DNA of 32,000 bases, taken from contig NZ_CP021983.2 of NCBI RefSeq assembly GCF_002075285.3, positions 1,290,001 to 1,322,000 of the forward strand. The letters are read 5' to 3'. The notes below the pieces were generated by a model. That model was not told the DNA's origin, searched no databases, and saw only the letters and a list, made by a program, of their open reading frames with translations. Source of the DNA: Halomicronema hongdechloris C2206. GTDB taxonomy: Bacteria; Cyanobacteriota; Cyanobacteriia; Phormidesmidales; Phormidesmidaceae. This document shows, piece by piece, positions 9,811-18,800 of the stretch; the stretch's first letter is position 1; every line of letters starts with the position of its first letter. The position numbers and the translations under genes are program-made.

Positions 9811-10104
9811 CTGCCTTCTGCCCTCTGCCTTCTGCCTTCTGCCTTCTGCCCTCTGCCTTCTGCCCTCTGCCTTCTGCCTTCTGCCCTCTGCCTTCTGCCC
9901 TCTGCCTTCTGCCCTCTGCCTTCTGCCCTCTGCCTTCTGCCCTCTGCCTTCTGCCTTCTGCCTTCTGCCCTCTGCCTTCTGCCTTCTGCCTTCTGCCCTC
10001 TGCCTTCTGCCCTCTGCCTTCTGCCCTCTGCCTTCTGCCCTCTGCCTTCTGCCCTCTGCCTTCTGCCCTCTGCCTTCTGCCCTCTGCCTTCTGCCTTCTG
10101 CCTT
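9811..10104. repeat. 42 tandem copies of the heptanucleotide CTGCCYT (CTGCCTT / CTGCCCT), STRR-like
   Basis: Hand-parsed: 294 bp equals exactly 42 x 7. The variant order (A=CTGCCTT, B=CTGCCCT) is ABAAABABAABABABABABAAABAAABABABABABABABAAA. It ends 10 nt before the pdxH ATG. Confidence 0.95.
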
Positions 10105-10114
10105 TAAAACGGTT

Positions 10115-10750
10115 ATGGACATTGCCGCCCTGCGTCGAGAATATAGCCAACGAGGCTTACAGAGAACAGACTTGGCCGCAGATCCGCTGCAGCAGTTTCA
10201 GCGTTGGTTTCAAGAGGCCTGTGACGCCGAGTTGCTAGAACCCAACGCCATGGTGGTGGCCACGGTGGCGGCCGATGGCATGCCCTACCAGCGCACGGTA
10301 TTGCTGAAGTACTTTGACCCGCAGGGGTTTGTCTTTTTCACCAATTACGGCAGCCGTAAGGCCCAACAGCTGCAGCATAATCCCAAGGTATCGCTGTTGT
10401 TTCCCTGGTATGGCCTGGAACGGCAGTTGCATATTACAGGGATGGCGACGAAGATCTCGACGATGGAATCCTGGCGATATTTCTCGTCTCGCCCCCGGGG
10501 CAGCCAGATTGGAGCCTGGGTATCGCAGCAGAGCCAGGTGATCTCATCGCGGCAGTTGCTAGAAGCCCAGTTTGACCACATGCAGCAAAAGTTTAAGCAA
10601 GGCCAGATCCCCCTGCCAGACTTTTGGGGAGGCTATCGGGTCGTTCCTGACAGCTTTGAATTTTGGCAAGGGCGCTCGAATCGCCTGCACGATCGGTTTT
10701 TGTACACCCGTCACCAAGATGGCTGGGATATTCAGCGGCTGTCTCCTTAA
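10115..10750 (+). CDS. pdxH: pyridoxamine 5'-phosphate oxidase
   Basis: 211-aa ORF. It has the full PdxH pattern: LR.EY...L...DL...P..QF..W...A, RTVLLK, FFTNY.S.K, LLF.W..LERQ, SRP..SQIGAW.S.QS, P.FWGGYR, EFWQGR..RLHDR. Confidence 0.93.
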   Translation: MDIAALRREYSQRGLQRTDLAADPLQQFQRWFQEACDAELLEPNAMVVATVAADGMPYQRTVLLKYFDPQGFVFFTNYGSRKAQQLQHNPKVSLLFPWYGLERQLHITGMATKISTMESWRYFSSRPRGSQIGAWVSQQSQVISSRQLLEAQFDHMQQKFKQGQIPLPDFWGGYRVVPDSFEFWQGRSNRLHDRFLYTRHQDGWDIQRLSP

Positions 10751-10830
10751 CCGGCAGTAAGGAGGGGGCTATACTGGCTGCCGCGAACCGGCCCTAAACG
10801 CGTCACCCACCCCCCATCCTCCACACCTCA

Positions 10831-11451
10831 TCATCTCCCCCGCTCCCTCCCCGCGGCTACCTGCAGGAGTTCCTGACCAATGGCCTGATAATCCTGCCAA
10901 GCTTCCTCAGCTTTAGGATCTGCCACCGCATACACCGGCACTCCCCTCAGGGCAGCCTTCTGGAACGCCGCATAGCGGCGAATGCCTCCCTGAAACAGGG
11001 ACAAATGGGCTTCTTGCAACAATTGCCGCACCTCTGCCCCGGCCTTGCTAGGATGGGGCGGAATTGCCACCAGCAAGATGCGGTAGTGGCTGACGCGGAT
11101 GGCATTCAGATGAGCCACGGTGAGGGTGAGGGCATCTAGGGCCAGAATGTCTGGAGTGGTGGGCAACACCAGCAGGTCACAGCTATCCGAGAGTACTGTC
11201 AGATCCTCGGCGGTGGGGCGGGCCTGGGTATCGATCACCACATGGTCATAGGGTCGGGGTTGTTCTGCTGCCCGCCATTCATCCACTACGGGAAAGGGCA
11301 GTTGGCCGCGGCTGGCCCAGCCCAAGGCAGAGCGGTTAGGATCAGCATCGATCAACAGCGTCTGGGCGTGACCCTGCAAAAACGCCGCCAGGTGAATGGC
11401 CGTCGTTGTCTTGCCGACGCCTCCCTTAAAGCTGGCCACCGTTACAATCAT
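10831..11451 (-). CDS. ParA/MinD-family P-loop ATPase (orphan)
   Basis: 206-aa ORF with the deviant Walker A box KGGVGKTT, including the signature lysine. Size and pattern are typical of small ParA-like proteins. No ParB-like or McdB-like partner gene is adjacent. Confidence 0.8.
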   Translation of the reverse strand: MIVTVASFKGGVGKTTTAIHLAAFLQGHAQTLLIDADPNRSALGWASRGQLPFPVVDEWRAAEQPRPYDHVVIDTQARPTAEDLTVLSDSCDLLVLPTTPDILALDALTLTVAHLNAIRVSHYRILLVAIPPHPSKAGAEVRQLLQEAHLSLFQGGIRRYAAFQKAALRGVPVYAVADPKAEEAWQDYQAIGQELLQVAAGRERGR

Positions 11452-11525
11452 AGAGTCTTGAGGTCTCGATAGCGGTAGAGTGAAATGGACGTAATCTGAG
11501 CAATAGCCTGGGGACGTTACCCAAG

Positions 11526-12026
11526 ATGGCGATGGACTGGATGCCAGTCGTTATTACTTTGCCAGATGCCGAGGCCACCTATGCCCTAGGGCACTATCTG
11601 GGCCAACATCTGCCCATTGGTACCGTGATTTTACTCATGGGGGACCTAGGCAGCGGCAAAACCACCTTGGTGAAAGGCCTGGCAGCGGCGCTAGGGATCA
11701 CTGAGCCCATTAACAGTCCTACCTTTACCCTAATCAATGAGTATGAGCAGGGGCGTCTTCCCCTTTATCATGTCGATCTCTACCGCCTAGAGGCGGCAGC
11801 CGCCGATCAGCTCTATTTAGAGAGCTATTGGGACGGCAGCGAGTTTGTCCCAGGCATCATGGCCATCGAGTGGTCTGAGCATTTAGGCCATCATCCCCCA
11901 GAGCCCCTGGAGCTACGACTCAGCTATCATGACGCTGGACGCCAAGCTACCCTGAGACCGTCGACGCCCTGTCAAGCAGCCTTACTAGAGACATTACCCG
12001 ATGCAATACTGGCTAATGAAATCTGA
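11526..12026 (+). CDS. tsaE: tRNA t6A37 biosynthesis ATPase TsaE
   Basis: 166-aa ORF with [32 protein letters not shown] and EW motifs characteristic of TsaE/YjeE. Confidence 0.88.
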   Translation: MAMDWMPVVITLPDAEATYALGHYLGQHLPIGTVILLMGDLGSGKTTLVKGLAAALGITEPINSPTFTLINEYEQGRLPLYHVDLYRLEAAAADQLYLESYWDGSEFVPGIMAIEWSEHLGHHPPEPLELRLSYHDAGRQATLRPSTPCQAALLETLPDAILANEI

Positions 12027-12462
12027 ACCGGATGTTTACAGCATCGACGATCTGCAACGGGATGGTGAGGAAATCTGGGACGGGGTACGTAACTACCAGG
12101 CGCGCAATTTCCTACGGACCATGGAATCTGGCGATCTGGCCTTCTTCTACCATTCCAATACCAAACCCCCAGGCGTCGTTGGCCTGATAGAGATTGCGGC
12201 GGCCAACGTGGTCGACCCTACCCAGTTCGACCCCCAGAGCAAGTACTACGATCCCAAGTCCACCCCAGATGGTCCCCGTTGGCAGACGGTCACGGTGCGC
12301 TACGGTGAAACCTTTCCCCAGGCCATTCCCCTCAGTACCCTGCGGGATACCTTTAGCCCTGAGGAACTACAGGTGGTGAAGCGAGGCAATCGCCTCTCGG
12401 TAATGCCAGTCCCCCCAGAAGTCGCTGAGCGTCTGCTGGCCATGGGGCGACAGCAAGCTTAA
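12001..12462 (+). CDS. EVE-domain protein (PUA-like fold)
   Basis: 153-aa ORF starting [18 protein letters not shown]..., followed by WDGVRNYQARNFLR and GDLAFFYHSN. This is the canonical EVE-domain N terminus. It overlaps the tsaE 3' end by 26 nt. Confidence 0.85.
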   Translation: MQYWLMKSEPDVYSIDDLQRDGEEIWDGVRNYQARNFLRTMESGDLAFFYHSNTKPPGVVGLIEIAAANVVDPTQFDPQSKYYDPKSTPDGPRWQTVTVRYGETFPQAIPLSTLRDTFSPEELQVVKRGNRLSVMPVPPEVAERLLAMGRQQA

Positions 12463-12520
12463 TAACCTAGTAGGCCAAGGCCGAGATTACCATTGTCCTC
12501 TTAGGTCTGATTTCTGCCCT

Positions 12521-13360
12521 TTACTGCACCTGGTCTGGATCAACACCCAATTCCCGCAACCGCTGGGCCAGGCGCTCGGCCCGCTGCCGCTCCTGCTCGG
12601 CCCGCTGTCGCTCCTGCTCGGCCTGCTGTCGCTCCTGCTCGGCCCGCTGTTGCTCCTGCTCGGCCCGCTGGCGCGCCTGCTCAGCCGCCGTCGGCAGCAG
12701 GTGGCCATCTAGGTCGGCCCAGCGTAGCCAGGTGGTCTCGACGCCGCGGTAGAGTCCCGACCAGCGTACCAAGGCCAGTTGCAGGACTGAACTGACCAGC
12801 AAGCCATCGGCATTCGGCTGAATCGGTTGGTAGCTGCCCCCCTGCAGCTGAAAGCCGGCCCAATCCTCGGGCTGGAAGGGATCAAACCAGAAATACTCGG
12901 GCACATGCAGCTGCTCTTGATAAATCTGTCGTTTATCGCCCTTATCGAAGGCGGCCGTACTCGGGGACAGTAACTCAATCACCAGGTCAGGCGTTTTGCC
13001 CTCTTCCCAGCACACCCAACTGAGCCGCTCGCCCTGGGGCACCCCTAAGGCCACAAAGACATCTGGTCCCTTGAAGTCTTGGTTTCTCACCTGGGCCAGG
13101 CTGTAGTACACAAACATGTTGCCGCTCACGTAGCCATCGTCGCGCTGCTGCAGCCACCCCTCTAGGGCATCAATGAGCAGATCCATCTGCATCTTGTGAC
13201 GCTGGGTTTCCATGGGCTCGCCGTCATCGTAGGGCAGCTGCCATTGGGTGGGGGGCAGGGTAATGCCCAGTTGCTCAAGCTCGGCAGGAGTCATAAAGCG
13301 GCATACCGTCCACTGTGCTCGATTGCCTCCAATATATCGGAGAGTCTGTTGCGATCGCAT
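12521..13360 (-). CDS. Uma2-family (DUF820) restriction-endonuclease-fold protein with C-terminal heptad-repeat tail
   Basis: 279-aa ORF. The core carries Uma2-like motifs (PYDDGEPMET, GPDVFV, PDLVIELLSPST...D...K...Y....VPEYW..DP). The C-terminal ~45 aa is the repeat AEQE(R/Q)Q(R/Q). Confidence 0.8.
   Translation of the reverse strand: MRSQQTLRYIGGNRAQWTVCRFMTPAELEQLGITLPPTQWQLPYDDGEPMETQRHKMQMDLLIDALEGWLQQRDDGYVSGNMFVYYSLAQVRNQDFKGPDVFVALGVPQGERLSWVCWEEGKTPDLVIELLSPSTAAFDKGDKRQIYQEQLHVPEYFWFDPFQPEDWAGFQLQGGSYQPIQPNADGLLVSSVLQLALVRWSGLYRGVETTWLRWADLDGHLLPTAAEQARQRAEQEQQRAEQERQQAEQERQRAEQERQRAERLAQRLRELGVDPDQVQ
12575..12679. repeat. 5 x 21-nt in-frame tandem repeat (CTCGGCCCGCTGTCGCTCCTG and variants)
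   Basis: Hand-parsed units are 12575-12595, 12596-12616, 12617-12637, 12638-12658 and 12659-12679. Read on the minus strand they encode the AEQERQR heptads of the Uma2 tail. Confidence 0.9.
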
Positions 13361-13534
13361 CTCATAAGTAGGACGTCCTAATTAAACGATGCTGTAGGGT
13401 CTGTTGTGGCGCTAGTCCAACGCACCGCAGTCTGGGCTGACGCGTTAGCGACAGCGTAATGCATCCTACCCATAATTCGGGCTACCTACTAAGCTGAAAT
13501 CTCGTCCCTGAGTTCAGCGTGACGATCCGGTTAA

Positions 13535-14059
13535 TCAGGGAGTAACACTAGGATTATTGCAATTATCGCCTTCAGTGGTTTTTAGACTACCGAGTAAATT
13601 GGCCACAATCACACACCGCTGAGCCGGTACTCCCGTAGGCGAAATGCTGAATACAAAAGGCACACTGGCCTCATCTTCGGGTCTGCCCTGATAATCAAAA
13701 GTTACAGACGTAGCCGGATTCGTGTCTTCGTTGATGTAAGCACTTAACTGGATGGTTCCTTCCGGAAAATTGCCACCGCCCAGTATCTGCGTCGTTCCAT
13801 CACTTACCGAAGGAACAGCGGGATCCACAATACTAACTGTCACATTTCGCCGTTGCTGACGGGCCGTTGTCTGCGCCTGTTTCAGCACGTCTACCAAATC
13901 GCTGCGGACAGTGTTCATTCTCTGCCGGTTTAAGAAGGCCAACCAGCCCGGGGCAGCGATGCCTGCCAGGATGGCCACTATGATCAAAACAACTAAGCCT
14001 TCCAACAGGGTAAAGCCAGCATGCGAGGGAGATTTTAGATGCTGCAAACAGCGCTTCAT
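13535..14059 (-). CDS. hpsD: prepilin-type N-terminal cleavage/methylation-domain protein, HpsD-like pseudopilin
   Basis: 174-aa ORF with the class III signal GFTLLEGLVVLIIVAILAGIAAP. It is the last of three pseudopilin genes behind a giant hpsA-like gene. This matches the hpsA-B-C-D order described in Nostoc punctiforme. Confidence 0.6.
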   Translation of the reverse strand: MKRCLQHLKSPSHAGFTLLEGLVVLIIVAILAGIAAPGWLAFLNRQRMNTVRSDLVDVLKQAQTTARQQRRNVTVSIVDPAVPSVSDGTTQILGGGNFPEGTIQLSAYINEDTNPATSVTFDYQGRPEDEASVPFVFSISPTGVPAQRCVIVANLLGSLKTTEGDNCNNPSVTP

Positions 14060-14080
14060 GGCGGATAGCCCTTAGTCAAT

Positions 14081-15055
14081 TCAGTTAGTATTGGGTTGTT
14101 TATTTAAGATGCCGCGGATCAAGATCTGAGCTTGTAAGGTGGGCAGACGCCCTTCTTCACTGTAGGTGTTGATTAAGCCCGGTCGACCAGTGGTGGCATT
14201 TCCTCTCAGATACACGATCAGATCTTGATTTAAGCGGTCTATGGCATCTTCGGCGTCAGGATCTGTGCCTCGCACACACACGAAGAAACTATTGCCATCG
14301 GCTGGCGTGGAGGGGATGCGCTCATAGGCCGATGAGGGACAGTTGGCCAAATCTGAGGGGGGCGTGGCAGTGGCAAGATCGACATAGTCGACCAGTACAG
14401 CCGAAAACCCATCAGTGTTAACGCTATTATCAGCAGTCCAGTTGGAAAAGCTATTGGTTTCGCCAGACTGCGTTGGATGCTCAGTAGTGGGATCGGCATA
14501 ACCATCCCGGGTAGTTAGGTTAGACACATCAGCATATTTAGGCAACTCATAGCGAATAATCCGCGACGGCCCCTGCCAAATATCGCTAGCCGCATTGTCT
14601 TGTTGTAAATACACCACCAGGTTATAGGTACTGTGCCTCACCTTCAGGGTATTGCACTCCTCCTCTTCCGTCCCAGAAAAGGCGGTGGAACAGTCTCCGA
14701 TGCCTGCGTAGTCATCTGAATCTAGGGGCTCTAACCGCCAGAAGGCCAAAATGGGCTCTCCAGCAGGCAAGTCATCCAGTTGACTGGTCACAGTCGTGGG
14801 TGTGGAGTAGACAAAGACCGCTTCTTGGGCATCTCGGGTGATGTAGGTCATGGCCCGCTGCATATTGGTTTGGGTCTCGGTCAGGGCTTCCTCCCGGCGA
14901 TTAATTTGCAACAGCTCTACGACCAAATACAGCAACCCTGATACCACAATACTGGCAATGATTAACGAGACCAGCACTTCCAGCAACGTAAACCCAGCTC
15001 GTTTGCCGCGTAGCAGGTGATGGTAGAGATGGAACCCAAGCCGTCGAGAAACCAT
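14081..15055 (-). CDS. hpsC: prepilin-type N-terminal domain protein, HpsC-like pseudopilin
   Basis: 324-aa ORF with GFTLLEVLVSLIIASIVVSGLL after a basic leader. It is second in the pseudopilin triplet. Confidence 0.6.
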   Translation of the reverse strand: MVSRRLGFHLYHHLLRGKRAGFTLLEVLVSLIIASIVVSGLLYLVVELLQINRREEALTETQTNMQRAMTYITRDAQEAVFVYSTPTTVTSQLDDLPAGEPILAFWRLEPLDSDDYAGIGDCSTAFSGTEEEECNTLKVRHSTYNLVVYLQQDNAASDIWQGPSRIIRYELPKYADVSNLTTRDGYADPTTEHPTQSGETNSFSNWTADNSVNTDGFSAVLVDYVDLATATPPSDLANCPSSAYERIPSTPADGNSFFVCVRGTDPDAEDAIDRLNQDLIVYLRGNATTGRPGLINTYSEEGRLPTLQAQILIRGILNKQPNTN

Positions 15056-15106
15056 GGCGCTAGAAGAAGTTAAATACGTTAACCAAACGAATAAAAGATG
15101 CTGTTG

Positions 15107-15862
15107 TCAGGTACATCCCTGCGGGGTTGAGTCGCCAGGGCTGCTGATCAGGTCGAAGTATTCACAGTAAGATTCCGTGTCTTCCCCCCGCACAACACTG
15201 GTGTAGAGCGCAGCCAAAGGCCGTCTGCCCCGTTCCCCTTCTCCGCCAGTAATGCCTAAGCGCGATGGGTCGGCCTCTAGGGTGTTGGTGCTGGTGGAGT
15301 CTAGGGCCTGAATGTCATAGACCCGAACTCCCAGACCGAAGGCCACTGGTTTATTGCCTATGGATACTCCACCGGTGCGATAGACCTGGATGCCGAAATC
15401 CGGATCGCCATCCCCATCAACATCGACGGCCCGGGTTTTAGTCGGTGGCAGGGAGTCATAGGCGGTTGTCGAATCTAGGGGATCTTCTTGGTCTGGAGGC
15501 ACCATCGTAGCAGGCGTGGAGTCATTCAGACTGGGCACAGACTGGGGTAAATCGGTATCCTCGTACCCCCCCTGCTCCACGATTAATCGCACTTGGTCGA
15601 TTTCCCCTTGGGCTACAGCCAAGGCCTGTTCCGCCCGCTGGCTCTGCACCCGTGTAGCCACAGCAATTACCAGAGCCGGGGTAATGGCCCCCAAGGTGAG
15701 GGCAATCACGACAATCGCTACTAGGGTTTCGATCAGGGTCAAGCCATCTTCTTGACAGGCAAGGTGGCAATCGCCTCGCTGCAGAGCCAAGCGCTGTAAT
15801 TTTCTCCGAATGGATAGCATCAGCAAGGCGATACACCTCCTACCAGAATCAACTAGGGACAT
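15107..15862 (-). CDS. hpsB: prepilin-type N-terminal domain protein, HpsB-like pseudopilin
   Basis: 251-aa ORF with GLTLIETLVAIVVIALTLGAITPAL. The listed start overlaps the hpsA stop by 10 nt. An in-frame ATG at 15820 (MLSIRRK...) is an alternative start. Confidence 0.6.
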   Translation of the reverse strand: MSLVDSGRRCIALLMLSIRRKLQRLALQRGDCHLACQEDGLTLIETLVAIVVIALTLGAITPALVIAVATRVQSQRAEQALAVAQGEIDQVRLIVEQGGYEDTDLPQSVPSLNDSTPATMVPPDQEDPLDSTTAYDSLPPTKTRAVDVDGDGDPDFGIQVYRTGGVSIGNKPVAFGLGVRVYDIQALDSTSTNTLEADPSRLGITGGEGERGRRPLAALYTSVVRGEDTESYCEYFDLISSPGDSTPQGCT

Positions 15863-18800
15863 GTGACATTGGGGAAATCAGAGGCATTGAATACCCGGGT
15901 GCCCCCATCATCGGTAGCACAGAGCAAATTTTCGATGTAAGGGTCATTCGCAGGCAGTTCTCGGTAGTACTCGCTGCGAGGCGACTCAATGGTGACGAAG
16001 CGTCGCGCTGCCGGGGCTGGCGGCTGGTAGAGCAAACCCACATCAAATCCCCAGCGTCGACCGGGCGGACTGTAGAAGTAGATGTTGTTTTCATTGATAT
16101 CCGCTGATTGCGTCCTTTCCCAGGCATCCTGGTCGAACAAGCCGGTACTGCCGGTGGAGAAATCGAACTGGAAGAAGGATCCGGCGATGAACAAATCGAT
16201 AGCATTATTGAAAGTCTCGTCAGACTTAGTTGTACCGGTATTCCACAGTTCTAAGAATCTGGGGAAGTTGTGAAAGCCGCCATTGTTCTGACCGCCTTGG
16301 GAGGGAATAATGCCACTGATGAACAGTGAATTCACGAAGGTTTCTCCGGCCCGAATTAAGTTGCGCTTGTGCCTCTTTTCATCGTCACTATCAAATCCGA
16401 ACTCAATAAAGTTACCGACACCAAAGGGATCCTTATTATCTAGCTCAAAATTAGGCCAAGGGTCGGCAGTTGGTGGTGAATCATCATCATATCGATTAAT
16501 GTAATAACCACCGTTACGGTCAATCCAAACCGGCGCCGCTGGATCATCAGGATCATTAGTATTTGGATCAACATCTTCTTCATAGAGCCACTCTCCTTCT
16601 TGAACCCATCTCTCTCGATTAAAGATAGAGCCGGGATCTGAGGGATCTGTCTCAAAGTAGGGGCGATTCTGGTTTTGGTAAGAGGATTCTCCTGCTCCAT
16701 AGTTAGCCGGAGTAATCTCAAGAAAAGTATCGTCAACGGCCCCATCCTGGAAGTTGTCCGACAGGATCGTGAATGAATCAGACAAAATCTCTACCGGTCG
16801 CCAATGGTCATCGTCGAGGGTGGCAAAGGTATCGGTGTTGAGGTCAGTGCGAGCGGTATAGAACGGATCGCCATAGGCAACATCGCCATCATTAAGAGTT
16901 TGGCCGTCTACGAACTCTTCTAGATTTGGTGTCACCCCATCGTCGCTGTGCAGGTTGAAGTTGCCCTGGATATAGACCGAGTTATCGGTGACAAAGGTCA
17001 TCCCTGGGTCTCTATCTAGGTCGCCACTGATATCGGCCCCATCTTTAAATCGGAAGCCATGGTTACGCCGCATCGGGTCGGGATAATAGTCCACAGGTTT
17101 GGGGCTGACGAGGCGATCGCTCAGCGGCGGGTCTTGAATCGTGCCCCCGGGCTCAACCGTCATCCTGCAGTCATTATCAGTCTTGAGGTTAGCCAGCACC
17201 GAACAATCGGTGGTTGCACTAGGTCCCCAGCCAGCATCGGTGTGTTTCGGTCGTACGATTTCGTCTTCCCGCACGGCGTCTTCTCGGAAGGCATAGATAA
17301 TGCCCTCACCGCCATTCTCTCGATCTGCCGCTAGCCAGTAATCACCAGAACCATTGGTTTCGTTAGCAAGGCGGCTGAGGTCAATGTCGAGCACTCGGAT
17401 TGCTAGCTGTTCCCGACCGTCGTAGATGCCCTTATCGAGGAAAGGAATATTCAGAATACCACCAGCCGGATTATTAATAGCGAATGGCCTATCATCGGGC
17501 TGATTACCAGCAGATGTGTCTAAATCAGCCGAGGAATCAGCCGTAAACGGAAGTTGCCATGTTGGTGTACCCCCTGGGACCCGAGCAACTAGAGCAAGAT
17601 CAGATAAGTTATCAGGTTCATCAGCACCATCATCTACAACTTGATAAGTGAATCCGTCGTTAACTAGGACACTGGATATTAAATAAGGCGGGATTAAACC
17701 TGGATCAACTGCTGTGGCATCAATGTATTCCTCTCCAGTGGGTTGAGCTGTATCGGCAATTCCCAAAGCCGTTAGCTCAGTTGAGTCAGCACTTGCGCTC
17801 TGATCATGGCTCGCCCTAGGAAATAGATAATAAAGGGAAGGATACTTTGGAACGTTTGTCTTTGGACATAGGGCTAGCGCGAGTGTGAGCGCTTCTTCAG
17901 GATCTGTAATGCCAAAGTCACTAAATGAGTTTGGATCACAGCTGAGGTTATATGAAATAGGCGGATCGTCGCCGTAGGTCGTCCCTACAGCATCGAGCTC
18001 AAAAGTCCCATTAGCCTGGTCATAGATCCCGAATAGTGGTGTGGGTGGGGTAGCTGCTGCTTCAAGTCCTGCGCCGGTAGCAAAACCGAAGGTCCGGTCT
18101 CTGAGAACCTGCCAGTAATCTGCAGCAACCTTCATGCGAGCTATTTCAGCTGCGGGTGCACCTGCAGCTTCAGCCTCCTCAATCCAGACGTCAGGTGGTG
18201 TGGTGTCTACATCCGCTAAAGGAACTCCATTATCCACCAGGTCTAATAAAGTTTTGGCGATTCCACTAGCAGCATCACTCCACTGAGCGTCGGTGATGTC
18301 ATCAAACTCTGTGTTGAGGCTGTCTAGGTTGTAAGCCAGCAGGCCGAGCGTACAAGCCGAAGAATGTAGCGTTGCCTGGTCGGCAAAGCTAAGGCTGCCG
18401 TAACCGGTGCCGCTTTCGACAATTTGCCTCAGGGGAGAGAAGTCACCCCACATAGCGAGATAGGGAAATGGATGAACAAAGTCATCTTGGAACGGCCCAA
18501 AAGAGGGGGCTCCGCCGTGCGGATCTCCAGCGAAGTAGGCAAGATTCTTTAGAGCCTTCTTCAAAGGAGAGGTGGCTAAGTCATATTGAGTCCCGAAGTT
18601 ACTTGCTGTCGCGAAGGTAGAAGGATAGGCAAATTCCCAACCATTGGTGCCATGCCCTTTAAGAAAGTCGACCTTGATATCATCAGCAGTAGTGGTGTTG
18701 AGTGTTAAATAATCAAAGGTACGACTATTGATAATGCTTTCCATAGTGCCGGGATGAGCCGTTAGAGCTACACAAGCTGCTGGGAACTCACCATCTGAGG

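Noticed and set aside
9773-10150. Two overlapping minus-strand ORFs (125 aa and 109 aa) encoding [14 protein letters not shown] repeats
   Set aside because: They are a direct consequence of the 7-nt tandem repeat, which is open in several frames. The longer one also overlaps the well-supported pdxH start. There is no independent coding signal.
10831-11451. ParA-like gene as McdA (carboxysome positioning) or a plasmid partition locus
   Set aside because: It has the classical signature-lysine Walker A box. No McdB-like or ParB-like gene is adjacent, and no centromere-like repeats are visible. Nothing beyond an orphan ParA-family ATPase can be supported.
12487-12708. 73-aa minus-strand ORF rich in SRPSRSDSGPSRS
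   Set aside because: It is an alternative-frame reading of the 21-nt tandem repeat that encodes the Uma2 tail. It is nested in and around a better-supported gene.
13369-13380. 12-bp palindrome TAGGACGTCCTA just upstream of the Uma2 start
   Set aside because: It is short, has no loop and no T-tract, and contains a common restriction-site-type hexamer palindrome. That is insufficient to call an operator or terminator.
13385-13470. GCTGTAGGG...GCTGACGCGTTAGCGACAGCGTAATGCATCCTACCC segment resembling short cyanobacterial intergenic repeats (a GCTGTAGGGAGG... segment also occurs near 23580)
   Set aside because: Only the 9-nt GCTGTAGGG start is shared between the two sites. The hairpin potential is imperfect. 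I cannot establish a repeat family from two weak matches in one window.
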